A stretch of DNA of 64,000 bases from an uncultured Eubacteriales bacterium (GTDB taxonomy: Bacteria > Bacillota_I > Bacilli_A > RFN20 > CAG-288). The translations under genes and the position numbers were made by a program. The notes below the pieces were generated by a model. That model had not been told where the DNA came from and searched no databases. It saw nothing but the letters and a program-made list of their open reading frames with translations. The stretch covers positions 9,683 through 73,682 of the forward strand of contig ONBI01000010.1 in NCBI GenBank assembly GCA_900316035.1, read 5' to 3'. Shown in pieces: positions 25,064 through 34,073 of the stretch (the first letter of the stretch is position 1; every line of letters begins with the position of its first letter).

Positions 25064-26953
25064 TTAAGCAAGTTCCGTCTTCCCGGTGTAGAGATCGTAG
25101 TAAGGGCCTTTATGGGAGAGAAGTTCGTCTTGGCTTCCTCTTTCGATCACGACACCATGGTCCAGAACTAAGATCTCGTCGGCATCACGGATGGTGCTGA
25201 GACGATGAGCAATCACGATGACCGTTCTCTTCTTCATCAGTTCGGCTAAGCCTTGCTGAATGAGAAGCTCCGAACGGGTATCGATATTGGAAGTTGCTTC
25301 ATCGAGAATCAGAACCGGAGGCTGATTCAGAGTGGCTCTTGTTAAACCGAGAAGCTGTCTCTGCCCTTCGGAGAGGTTTGCGCCATCGTCATAAAGCATC
25401 GTCTTGTAGCCTTGCGGAGAACGGCGGATGAAGGAGTCGGCATGGCTATGTTTAGCAGCTTCTTCGACTTCAGCATCGGTCGAATGACGGCGGACATAAC
25501 GGATGTTGTCTTCGATAGTTCCGGTGAAGAGGTGGGTATCCTGGGTGACCATCGAGATCGCACGGCGCAAGGATTCGAGTTGAATCTCTTCAATCGGGAT
25601 TCCATCGTAAGTGATGCTTCCGGAATCGATCGGATAGAAACGGGCTAAGAGGGAGATGATGGTTGTCTTACCGGCACCGGTCGAACCGACAAAGGCAATC
25701 TTCTTTCCCGGATAGACTTCAAAGGAGATACCTTTGAGAATCTCTTTTCCTTTGACATAGGAGAAGTGGACATCCTTGAATTCGATGACACCTTCCACCG
25801 GCTTAGTGATGGTTGTTCCGTCTTTCTGCGGAATCGACCAGGAATAACGTTTGCCGAAAGGATCTTTTTCATTGGCGCCTTCGTTATGGACTAAGGTTAT
25901 CTTGCCTTCGTTGACTTCGGGTTTCTCATCGAGAAGCTTGAAGATACGTTCGGCACCAGCGGTAGCGGCAAGAATCGAGTTGAGATGCTGGGTGAAGTAG
26001 TTGAACGGCTGACACGCGTTACGGGTGAACATCAGGTAGGAAGTGAGATCACCGAAGGTGAACGGTCCTGCCCAACCCGTGCAGAGAGCGATGATACCGG
26101 CAACGGTGGAGATAGAGAAGTTGAGATAACTCAGGGAGACGAAGAAAGGAACGTTGACCTGCGTGTGGAAGAAAGCCGATTCGGAAGCTTTCTGCCATTT
26201 ACGGTTGGCATTATCGAATTTAGCAAAGCCGGCTTCTTCGTGGTCGAAGGCCTTGATGACCTTGGTTCCGGCAACATCCTCTTCGACAACGGCATTGACT
26301 TCGGCTAACGCCTGCTGAGATTCAAAGTAATAACGCTGAGAGACTCTTGCATTGAGAACTAAGAAGAGAATCATCAGGAGCAAGAAGAAGAAAACAATGA
26401 GGGAGAGGGGAACGTTGATGACAAAGAGGAAGACGATGGTTCCAATCATATTAGTGAAGGAGAGAACGATATTGGCAAGCGCATCGTTCAAAGCGGCGAG
26501 AAGGGTATCGACATCGTTGGTGAAGGTCGACATGATGTCGCCATGTGTATGCGTATCGAAGTAAGCGATCGGAAGCGTCTGGATCTTATCCATCAGCTGC
26601 GCACGTATCTTGAAGAGGACTTTCTGGGTGAGAACAACCATGACTTCGTTATGGAAAAGGGCAGAGAAGACGCCGACGAAGTAGAGGATTCCTAAGCGGA
26701 TGAGGTCGAAGCGGAGAAGAGAATAGATTTCGTCCTGATCGGTGATGACACCGGCGACACGGTTCGCCTTCATGGCATTGAGAATATCATCCGTGACCTG
26801 ACCGGAAAGGTAGGTGCCGAAGAGGTTGGATAGACCAGTCATGACCGCCGTCAGAAGAACCATCCCGAACAAGAACCACCAAGGCTTGAAGTAGGAGAGG
26901 ATACGGGCAAGAGTCCGGCCGACATGTTCGGCGCATTTTGTTTTCTGTGCCAT
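25064..26953 (-). CDS. ABC exporter, fused permease/ATPase (heterodimer subunit with canonical Walker B-Glu and deviant signature)
   Basis: 629 aa. Six-TM domain, Walker A GSTGAGKTT, signature LSEGQRQLL, Walker B VLILDEATS, H-loop IAHRL. Confidence 0.85.
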   Translation of the reverse strand: MAQKTKCAEHVGRTLARILSYFKPWWFLFGMVLLTAVMTGLSNLFGTYLSGQVTDDILNAMKANRVAGVITDQDEIYSLLRFDLIRLGILYFVGVFSALFHNEVMVVLTQKVLFKIRAQLMDKIQTLPIAYFDTHTHGDIMSTFTNDVDTLLAALNDALANIVLSFTNMIGTIVFLFVINVPLSLIVFFFLLLMILFLVLNARVSQRYYFESQQALAEVNAVVEEDVAGTKVIKAFDHEEAGFAKFDNANRKWQKASESAFFHTQVNVPFFVSLSYLNFSISTVAGIIALCTGWAGPFTFGDLTSYLMFTRNACQPFNYFTQHLNSILAATAGAERIFKLLDEKPEVNEGKITLVHNEGANEKDPFGKRYSWSIPQKDGTTITKPVEGVIEFKDVHFSYVKGKEILKGISFEVYPGKKIAFVGSTGAGKTTIISLLARFYPIDSGSITYDGIPIEEIQLESLRRAISMVTQDTHLFTGTIEDNIRYVRRHSTDAEVEEAAKHSHADSFIRRSPQGYKTMLYDDGANLSEGQRQLLGLTRATLNQPPVLILDEATSNIDTRSELLIQQGLAELMKKRTVIVIAHRLSTIRDADEILVLDHGVVIERGSQDELLSHKGPYYDLYTGKTELA

Positions 26954-26955
26954 GT

Positions 26956-28722
26956 TTATAATCCCTCCATCTGAATGCGGTAGATATCTTGATAGATCGG
27001 ATCGTGTTCCTTGAGATATCGGCTGTCGCCGATATTGGAAATCTTGCCATCGTTGAGAACGATGATGCGGTCGGCTTCATCGATGGAAGTGACTTTCTGG
27101 GAGATGACAATCTTGGTCATGCTGGGAAGCATGGTTCTAAGATTGTTCTTCAGCGTCGCTTCGGTGATACGGTCAAGAGCGGAGAAAGAATCGTCGAGGA
27201 TGAGAATCTTCGGGTTGCGGAGAATCGCTCTGGCTAAGCAGAGTCTCTGCCTCTGTCCGCCGGAGACATTGTTACCGCCTTGGCTGATTGGGGTATCAAA
27301 ACCCTGAGAAAGAGAATGGACGATGAAGTCATAGCAGCAGGCGATCTTACAGGCACGGATGATCTCCTCATCGGTAGCATCCGGTTTACCCCAAAGGAGG
27401 TTTTCTTTCACCGTACCGGTGAAAAGACGAGGGCTTTGGAAGTTGATAGCGATCTTCGCTCTCAATTCCTTTAAGGAGTAGTCTTTGATATCGTGTCCGC
27501 CGATGAGGATCTTTCCTTCCTCCGCATCGTAGAAACGGTCGATCAGATAGACGAGAGTCGATTTCGAAGAACCGGTCTCGCCTAAGATACCGATGAATTC
27601 CCCGGGTTTGATAGCAAAATTGATATCCTTAAGAACATATTCGGAAGCATTGCGGTTGTATTTGAAGTTGACATGATCAAAGACAATGGAACCGTTCTCT
27701 AACTGCAGCTTCGAATCTTTCTTATCCTGAATGGTATTTTCGGCAACAAAGACTTCTCCGACACGTTCCAAAGAAGCCGATGCACGGGTAAGCATCATGA
27801 AGACATTCGAGAGCATGATGAGAGAAGTGAGAGTCTGAACGACATAACTTAAGAAGGAAGCGACGTCGTTAAGACGGTCAGCATCGTTATAAGAAATAGC
27901 CTGACTAGAACCTAACCAGAGAATCGCGATGATGCAGGAATAAGTAACCGCCTGCATGATGGATTGGTTGGAAGCGATGATAGCTAAAGCGGACTGACCG
28001 ACTTTCTTGGTTTCGGTGTTGACGGCCGCAAATTTCTCTTCTTCGTAATCCTTCTTGGCGTTAGCACGGATGAGGCGCATTGCGGTTAAAGATTCATCCG
28101 TGGTGCGATTGATGCGGTCTAAAGCACCCTGAAGCTGATAGAACTTCGGGCGGGTGACAAGAAGAACCGTGATCAAAAAGATAGCAAGAATCGGAACCGC
28201 AACCGCAAAGACAATCGCTAAATCTCCGGAGATGAGGAAGGAAAAAGTGAGAGCGAAGATAAGCTGGAAAGGAGCGCGCATCAGAGGACGCATGATCTGG
28301 CAGAAGGTATCGGAGATAATCTGGACATCACCGGTCATACGGGTGATCAGGGAATTGAGACGGAAAGAATCGAGGTTTTCAAAAGAAAAATCCTGAATCT
28401 TCTTATATTCTTCCTTACGCAACTCATAACCTAAGCCACGTCCTGCAATCGCCGTCAGTTTCGAAGAAGTGAGACCGAGGAAGAAAGCGACGATCGCCAT
28501 TCCTACCATGATGCCGCCGACCGTAAAAAGATAGGAACTATTATAGGAATAAGTGAGGTCGTCGTTGCGGATCATGCCGTTGTTGAGCATGAGGTTCATC
28601 AGATAAGGAAGCGAAATCTCTAAACCGTTTTCCACGACCAAAGTGATAACCGCGAAGATAAAAGGCACTTTGTATGGCCTGAGATAAGGCCAAAGGTGGA
28701 ATTTCTTTTTCTTATTTTTCAT
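26956..28722 (-). CDS. ABC exporter, fused permease/ATPase (heterodimer subunit with degenerate Walker B)
   Basis: 588 aa. Walker A GETGSSKST, signature VSGGQRQRL, Walker B ILILDDSFS (Asp where the catalytic Glu is expected). 2-nt gap to the partner gene. Confidence 0.85.
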   Translation of the reverse strand: MKNKKKKFHLWPYLRPYKVPFIFAVITLVVENGLEISLPYLMNLMLNNGMIRNDDLTYSYNSSYLFTVGGIMVGMAIVAFFLGLTSSKLTAIAGRGLGYELRKEEYKKIQDFSFENLDSFRLNSLITRMTGDVQIISDTFCQIMRPLMRAPFQLIFALTFSFLISGDLAIVFAVAVPILAIFLITVLLVTRPKFYQLQGALDRINRTTDESLTAMRLIRANAKKDYEEEKFAAVNTETKKVGQSALAIIASNQSIMQAVTYSCIIAILWLGSSQAISYNDADRLNDVASFLSYVVQTLTSLIMLSNVFMMLTRASASLERVGEVFVAENTIQDKKDSKLQLENGSIVFDHVNFKYNRNASEYVLKDINFAIKPGEFIGILGETGSSKSTLVYLIDRFYDAEEGKILIGGHDIKDYSLKELRAKIAINFQSPRLFTGTVKENLLWGKPDATDEEIIRACKIACCYDFIVHSLSQGFDTPISQGGNNVSGGQRQRLCLARAILRNPKILILDDSFSALDRITEATLKNNLRTMLPSMTKIVISQKVTSIDEADRIIVLNDGKISNIGDSRYLKEHDPIYQDIYRIQMEGL

Positions 28723-28868
28723 AACATCAAATCCCCTAAAACTTTTTCATTATAAGCGTTTATGGAAAAGGAGACGGGAAATTGTCTTAGGAAGTAGAGA
28801 AAGTGTTTTCTGCATTTCAGAAAAAAGGTCTGCTATAATGGTGACAGAAAAAGGAGGGGAAACCCAAT

Positions 28869-29438
28869 ATGACAAAAGAAGATTTCAAAAGATTAGCCGG
28901 TACAAAGACCGAAGAGAATCTCAAGGCCGCTTTCGCTGGTGAGAGCCAGGCCCACACCAAGTACGCCTACTATGCTTCGGTCGCCCGCAAGGAAGGGAGA
29001 TACGATTTCGCGGAGCTTTTCGAAGAGACCAGCCGCAACGAGAACGAACACGCCGAACAGTGGTTCAAGTATCTCCACGGCGGAGCTATTCCTGGAACCG
29101 ATGCTAACCTCACCGATGCTGCCGAAGGGGAGCATTATGAGTGCACCACCATGTATCCGGAATTTGCCAAAGTCGCCCGTGAAGAAGGCTTCCCGGAAAT
29201 CGCGGCCAAGATGGAGCTTGTCGGCAAGATCGAAGCCAGACACGAAGCCCGTTATGAGTCGCTTCTCAAGCAGTTCCGCGGGGAAGCCCTCACCATCAAG
29301 GAAGGTGTCTTAGTCGTTTGGAAGTGCCAGGTCTGCGGTCACGTCCATATCGGTCCGAAGGCTCCTGCTGTCTGCCCGGTCTGCGGTCACACCAATTCCT
29401 TCTTACCCGATGTCATCACTTACGATTGGGGTAAGTAA
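28869..29438 (+). CDS. rbr: Rubrerythrin
   Basis: 189 aa. Diiron ferritin-like domain (ENLKAAFAGESQAHTKY, ENEHAEQW, EGEHYE, EARHEARY) plus C-terminal rubredoxin CQVCGH...CPVCGH. Confidence 0.9.
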   Translation: MTKEDFKRLAGTKTEENLKAAFAGESQAHTKYAYYASVARKEGRYDFAELFEETSRNENEHAEQWFKYLHGGAIPGTDANLTDAAEGEHYECTTMYPEFAKVAREEGFPEIAAKMELVGKIEARHEARYESLLKQFRGEALTIKEGVLVVWKCQVCGHVHIGPKAPAVCPVCGHTNSFLPDVITYDWGK

Positions 29439-29464
29439 TTCTTCCGTTAACGGAAACCACTTCT

Positions 29465-29495
29465 AAGGCATTGCTCTTATAGGGCAGTGCCTTTT
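29465..29495 (+). terminator. Rho-independent terminator after rubrerythrin
   Basis: AAGGCATTGC-loop-GCAGTGCCTTTT. Confidence 0.65.
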
Positions 29496-29678
29496 AAGGT
29501 TTCTTTAAGGAACCTAGGAAGGGTAAACCGCTTACAAAAGGGGTACGTATTCAACAAAAATGCGATAACTATCGGAAAATAAGTAAATTCATCCGAAAAC
29601 TTCTTCCGTGCCTCTTTTCCTGTATAAATAGGTAAAGTTTATACTTTTATTATTCTTTATAAAGGAGACATATCGTTT

Positions 29679-31709
29679 ATGAGAAAAACCAAAGCTCTGC
29701 TCTTCGTTCTCGCTGCTTTAACGCTGACTGCCTGCGGTAATCAGGGGAAAAAAAGCACTTCTGCTTCGAATAGTGCTCCGATCAGCGATTCCACTTCTTC
29801 GGGAAAAACCTCTTCTTCGTCCGTGCAAGACAACATTACTCTTACCGATAGCATGTTTGCCTCGCTTGCCCAGGGTGTCAGTTTCGATGGCTATGCCGCT
29901 ACGAAAGTCAGACTCAGCTCCTCTCTAGATGCCTCTTTTGAATTCGAATATCTCGATGGAAAAAGCACTCAGACCGGCTATTGGTTCAACGCCTATGCTG
30001 CCTCTATGCTTCCTAACCGTACCGCGGCAGAGGAACTTTCGGTCGCTAACCTCAACACCGAAATCCTCAAGTATCAGAAAGGTGCCTTAGGTGACCGTAC
30101 CAATTATCTTCCTTCGGCAACTCTGAAGACTTCGACGAACAAACCGGTCGCGGTTTCAGCTTCTCTTTCGATTGATAACACTGTTCCGGTTGAGAATGTG
30201 GCTGCTCAGGAAGAGGGCTCTACCGATACCGAACCCTATGTCGCTTTCAGCGAATCCTATTCTTCGGGTCTCTTCTCTGCTTTGCACGCCAGCGATTTCG
30301 TTGAAGATACCAATAAGACGGTCGCTACTTCCAGCAAAGAGAAAGCCTATGTTCTCAATATCACAGATACCACTTCGGCAGCATTAAAGGCTGCCAGCGT
30401 CGCTTTCAACTATTTCTCCTTCGGAAGCGACCTCGGTGTCGAAATGAAGGATATTTATGTCGTCACCGATGGTACCAAGATCACCAAGCTCATCGGCGAT
30501 GCCGATACCACCATCGTCATGAACTTCATGGGACAGGAGATGAAGATTCTCTATACCGCCTACTCCTATCTCAATGTCACGGCTTTCGGTTCCGATGTCT
30601 CCGTCAAGAACACTGAAGCTCTGACCAACACTCCGGATACTGCTCTTGACACTCTCTTCCAGTCGATGAAGAACGGAAACTACACCGAAAATGCGACTCT
30701 GAAATATGTCACTAGCAGTACTACCTACAATTATGCCTGGACGGCTAAGGAGACGGCTTCTACCTATACTTATGCTTCTACGGTAACCCAGAACGGCAAG
30801 ACCGCTACGGTTAGCGACCAAAATATCATTCTTCAGGAGAATAACTACCTCTATAACCTCAAGACTTATGGAGAGAAAGGCACTTATGCCACCTCTTCTT
30901 CCGGAACCGCTCTTCCGAAGTTTGATCTCGATGCCCACTTCTTCACCAAACAGGCCGATGGTTCCTTTGTTTTCAAAGCGAGTGATTATGCCGATATCAT
31001 CCTCACCTACGATACGACGGACTTCACCTATGGTGATACCTTCCTTCTCAACCAGAGCACCGTCAGTGAAATCACAGTAAAGGTCGAAGAAGGCGGTTTC
31101 GAACTGAAGACCACCGGAAGCGTTGCCTTAAAAACCGGCGATATTTTCACGACTGAGTTCGATATCCATTATTCGGCTATCGGAACGACCACCGATGGTT
31201 TTGATGCTACCGGTGTCAAGACCACCTCGGATGATCTCACTTGGAAAGATCTTTTCTCCAGCGACACGAGTTATTCTAACGCATGCACCAATGTCGGTGG
31301 CGAGGACTTCATGTTGAACAATCTTCCGACGATGGGTGGATCCTTCTTCGAAGGTACTCTCGGTGCCTTCAGTGCGAGTGAGGATGATCCGACTTTTGGC
31401 TTCATCGTTCTCTATGAAGGCAGAGATGACATGTTTACCGAGGACTATATTTCGTCCCTGATTTCCAGCATGAAGACGAAGTTCGAAGCCGTCAAACTCA
31501 GCGATGGCACCGCTGCTTTCAGTATGGATGCTAAGAGCACTTCGACTGGCTTACTCATGAATTACAAGAACCATCTCACCATCAACAATACCGAAGTCAC
31601 CTTACAGGCTCAGGTCTTCCCGTATGCTTCAATGTATGGTTATTATTGGGTCTACCGGGTTATCTGCACTCCGGTCACTACGACCACTACCACCAATTCG
31701 CTGAAGTAA
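29679..31709 (+). CDS. Large lipoprotein of unknown family (paralog A)
   Basis: 676 aa. Signal peptide plus lipobox LTLTAC, Ser/Thr-rich linker, AAGGAG SD. Collinear similarity to the next ORF. I recognise no known motif. Confidence 0.85.
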   Translation: MRKTKALLFVLAALTLTACGNQGKKSTSASNSAPISDSTSSGKTSSSSVQDNITLTDSMFASLAQGVSFDGYAATKVRLSSSLDASFEFEYLDGKSTQTGYWFNAYAASMLPNRTAAEELSVANLNTEILKYQKGALGDRTNYLPSATLKTSTNKPVAVSASLSIDNTVPVENVAAQEEGSTDTEPYVAFSESYSSGLFSALHASDFVEDTNKTVATSSKEKAYVLNITDTTSAALKAASVAFNYFSFGSDLGVEMKDIYVVTDGTKITKLIGDADTTIVMNFMGQEMKILYTAYSYLNVTAFGSDVSVKNTEALTNTPDTALDTLFQSMKNGNYTENATLKYVTSSTTYNYAWTAKETASTYTYASTVTQNGKTATVSDQNIILQENNYLYNLKTYGEKGTYATSSSGTALPKFDLDAHFFTKQADGSFVFKASDYADIILTYDTTDFTYGDTFLLNQSTVSEITVKVEEGGFELKTTGSVALKTGDIFTTEFDIHYSAIGTTTDGFDATGVKTTSDDLTWKDLFSSDTSYSNACTNVGGEDFMLNNLPTMGGSFFEGTLGAFSASEDDPTFGFIVLYEGRDDMFTEDYISSLISSMKTKFEAVKLSDGTAAFSMDAKSTSTGLLMNYKNHLTINNTEVTLQAQVFPYASMYGYYWVYRVICTPVTTTTTTNSLK

Positions 31710-31722
31710 TCTTACACAAGCT

Positions 31723-31756
31723 AGGCCGGAAGCAGACGAAGACTTCCGGCCTTTTC
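31723..31756 (+). terminator. Rho-independent terminator between the two lipoprotein paralogs
   Basis: AGGCCGGAAG-loop-CTTCCGGCCTTTT. Confidence 0.75.
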
Positions 31757-31782
31757 GTTTCTAGAAAAAGGAGGCGTTCCCG

Positions 31783-33714
31783 ATGAAAAAGAAAATTCTT
31801 GCTCTTCTTTCTCTTTTTCTGATTCTTCCTTCCTGTTCCGGAACGGAAGGAAGTACTTCGTCGCCGGAAATCTCCTCTCCGGAAGGAAGCGGTTCTTCTT
31901 TTTCTTCTGTGGAAGTTAACCCTCTTGAGAAACTATTTACCCCTCTTGCCGAAGGATATTCCTTAGAAGGATATCTCTTCCGTAAAAGAACAAACGCCAA
32001 TCACGAAAGCTTCCGTTCGGTCACTTCGCTATCCGTTTTAGCTTCCCCTTCTTCGTTTGCTTATTTCTCCTATGAAGCGAAATTGAAAGCAAACAATACC
32101 TACCCTACTTCTTTCTCCATGGACAAAGCTTTAACCATGGTGGATCTTTTTGAAAGAGGAGAAGAAACCGAAGAGTTCAATATTATTCCTTCCACCAATC
32201 CGAAATATCAGGATGAAAGCGGAAGTCCTCTAGCGGTACAGGCTAAACTAGGATTAGATAACGTTGTCCATGAGACCCGCTTCCCTTGGAGCGATGAAGA
32301 GGGAAACAGTTTCTACCCGATTTTTGCTTCTTCCGGTTTTTCCAGTTCTCTCTTCGCTTTTCTTCCTCTCAATGCCATTGAGAAAACAGAATATTCTTCT
32401 TATACGGCTTACTCCCTCGATAGCAGCAACTGCCTAGAAACCGAAAAAGAAGCTTCAAGAGCTTTCCTTTCTGCTTTGACGGATTCCTATGCTTCTCAAC
32501 CTTTCAATCAGATTCTTTTCCTGACCCAAGAGAACCGAATCACCAAAATTCTTGCTGAAAGTGAAACGACTTCTTCTAACGTCACCACTTCTTCTCTTTA
32601 TGTCTTCAATGTATTAGAAGAAGGAGCTTCTGTAGAAGTTCCGAAAGCAAAACCGATTGAAGGAACTACCTATCCGGAACTCGATAACGCCTATCAGAAA
32701 ATCGCCGAAGGGAACTTCAAAGAAGTCGATGACTGTGGACTTTACTATAAAAGCGGAGAAAAGGAAGTCTATAAACCGACCCGTAAGCTCACCATGACCT
32801 GTACTTTACAATCGATTCTCTATATGCCTTATATCTATTCTTCCACTCTGAGCGATTACTACCAGGGAATCGGAAGCGGATATCTTCTCTACGATAACGA
32901 TATCAATGAGAAAGTCACCCCTTTAAGCAAAGGCTATTATCTCCACGGAGAAAAATTCGTTTCCCCTACCACCTATCCTCTGCTTTCTTCCGTCTTCTTC
33001 ACCAAAAACGAGAATGGTCATTATGTTCTCTCCTATCAGGATGAGAAATATAAGCATATCTTCTTAGATTCCAAGACCACCTATTACCTGATGTCCATGA
33101 CCGGATATGGAACAGAATCCCTTGATATCGAAATCAAAGAAGATAGTGTCATCACGACTTCTTTTGATGGTGTCGAAAGAGTCACCACGACCTTTACCGA
33201 TATCGGTACCACGACTTCGGCCTTCACTTCCGAAGATGTAATCCGCAACAGCGACGATCTCACTTGGAAAGATATGCTTTTCTCTTCCCAATACACTTCT
33301 TTAGAGAATCTACTAGGAAGCGAAGCCAATATCGATCTCATTCCTACCTTAGGAGATGTCTTCTCCGAAGCTTCCCTGCTTTCTACCGGAACCGGTACTA
33401 CTTTGACATTCCGCTTAGAATATCCTCTTATTCGTCAAAGCATCAAAGGCTCTTATCTCAGCTCCCTTGTCAAACAGTATCAGAAAAGAGTAGAGAACAA
33501 AGGAGATTGGACCATCACCCGTACCTACAACGCTTTTGAAAACACGGAAGATCCTTATTTCTTAGTCGAAGCAAGTTACGATAAGAATGTAGCAATCGGA
33601 GAGAGCAACTATAAGTTCACTCTCCAAGGCGGCTATACCAATTCGAGTTCCCATCATGGCGGATATTGTTTTGCCTTGATCGGAAAACTCACCTATAACG
33701 GAAATAGCGATTGA
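31783..33714 (+). CDS. Large lipoprotein of unknown family (paralog B)
   Basis: 643 aa. Signal peptide plus lipobox LILPSC, Ser-rich linker, AAAGGAGG SD. Shares blocks with paralog A, for example IGTTT...SDDLTWKD. Confidence 0.85.
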   Translation: MKKKILALLSLFLILPSCSGTEGSTSSPEISSPEGSGSSFSSVEVNPLEKLFTPLAEGYSLEGYLFRKRTNANHESFRSVTSLSVLASPSSFAYFSYEAKLKANNTYPTSFSMDKALTMVDLFERGEETEEFNIIPSTNPKYQDESGSPLAVQAKLGLDNVVHETRFPWSDEEGNSFYPIFASSGFSSSLFAFLPLNAIEKTEYSSYTAYSLDSSNCLETEKEASRAFLSALTDSYASQPFNQILFLTQENRITKILAESETTSSNVTTSSLYVFNVLEEGASVEVPKAKPIEGTTYPELDNAYQKIAEGNFKEVDDCGLYYKSGEKEVYKPTRKLTMTCTLQSILYMPYIYSSTLSDYYQGIGSGYLLYDNDINEKVTPLSKGYYLHGEKFVSPTTYPLLSSVFFTKNENGHYVLSYQDEKYKHIFLDSKTTYYLMSMTGYGTESLDIEIKEDSVITTSFDGVERVTTTFTDIGTTTSAFTSEDVIRNSDDLTWKDMLFSSQYTSLENLLGSEANIDLIPTLGDVFSEASLLSTGTGTTLTFRLEYPLIRQSIKGSYLSSLVKQYQKRVENKGDWTITRTYNAFENTEDPYFLVEASYDKNVAIGESNYKFTLQGGYTNSSSHHGGYCFALIGKLTYNGNSD

Positions 33715-33776
33715 AAAAAGGAGCCGAGGATTCCTAGGAAATTCCTAAGAATTCTCAAAGCTCCTTCTTTTTCTTT

Positions 33777-33853
33777 TGGTGACCCTGAAGAGATTCGAAC
33801 TCTTGACCCTCTGATTCGAAGTCAGGTACTCTATCCAGCTGAGCTACAGGGCC
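33777..33853 (-). tRNA. tRNA-Arg (anticodon UCG), CCA encoded
   Basis: Minus strand reads GGCCCTGTAGCTCAGCTGGATAGAGTACCTGACTTCGAATCAGAGGGTCAAGAGTTCGAATCTCTTCAGGGTCACCA. It has a 7-bp acceptor stem, T-arm AAGAG/TTCGAAT/CTCTT and anticodon loop CT-TCG-AA. Confidence 0.9.
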
Positions 33854-33988
33854 TTAAAAGCAGCGCAAGTAGTATAACGCAGAGATAACAAAAAAGGTCA
33901 GAAGTCAGGAAAAAAGTCGGAATACTTTCTCTTTTTCCGACACTTTCTGACACCTGAGAATACCTATGAAAATATTTTCACAAAGTGT

Positions 33989-34017
33989 TTGTAAAAGGGC
34001 TTTACTCTCTCTATAAT
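33989..34017 (+). promoter_or_regulatory. Candidate sigma-A promoter of the LacI/CcpA-like gene
   Basis: TTGTAA-17 nt-TATAAT. Confidence 0.55.
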
Positions 34018-34028
34018 GAAAGGGAAAA

Positions 34029-34045
34029 TGCTTGCCTGACAAGCA
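34029..34045 (+). promoter_or_regulatory. Candidate operator palindrome just downstream of the predicted TSS
   Basis: TGCTTG-cctga-CAAGCA, perfect 6+6 inverted repeat. Confidence 0.3.
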
Positions 34046-34073
34046 AAGGAACAGGCAGTAAGGAGATTGAATT

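Noticed and set aside
28723-28868. Possible PerR/Fur-type box upstream of rubrerythrin (cATTATAAgcgTTTATgg).
   Set aside because: It only partly resembles the TTATAATnATTATAA consensus and has no clear dyad symmetry. I cannot support it from sequence alone.
30384-30938. 184-aa antisense ORF inside lipoprotein A. Similar antisense ORFs occur at 61438-62028 (196 aa), 56427-57011 (194 aa), 44122-44661 (179 aa), 43968-44438 (156 aa), 13869-14240 (123 aa) and 52721-53218 (165 aa).
   Set aside because: All are embedded in or straddle well-supported genes on the other strand. They lack start signals and show no recognisable motifs. I treat them as frame shadows.
33714-33776. Long imperfect hairpin (AAAAAAGGAGC...GCTCCTTCTTTTTC) between lipoprotein B and the tRNA.
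   Set aside because: It probably acts as a shared terminator. However, the 5-bp outer stem and ~35-nt loop are too weak for me to call it a confident feature or anything more exotic.
29439-33853. Hypothesis that the two lipoprotein genes form a tRNA-Arg-integrated genomic island.
   Set aside because: There is no integrase, no direct repeat of the tRNA 3' end at the far boundary (29.4-29.7 kb) and no mobility genes. Adjacency to the tRNA alone is insufficient.
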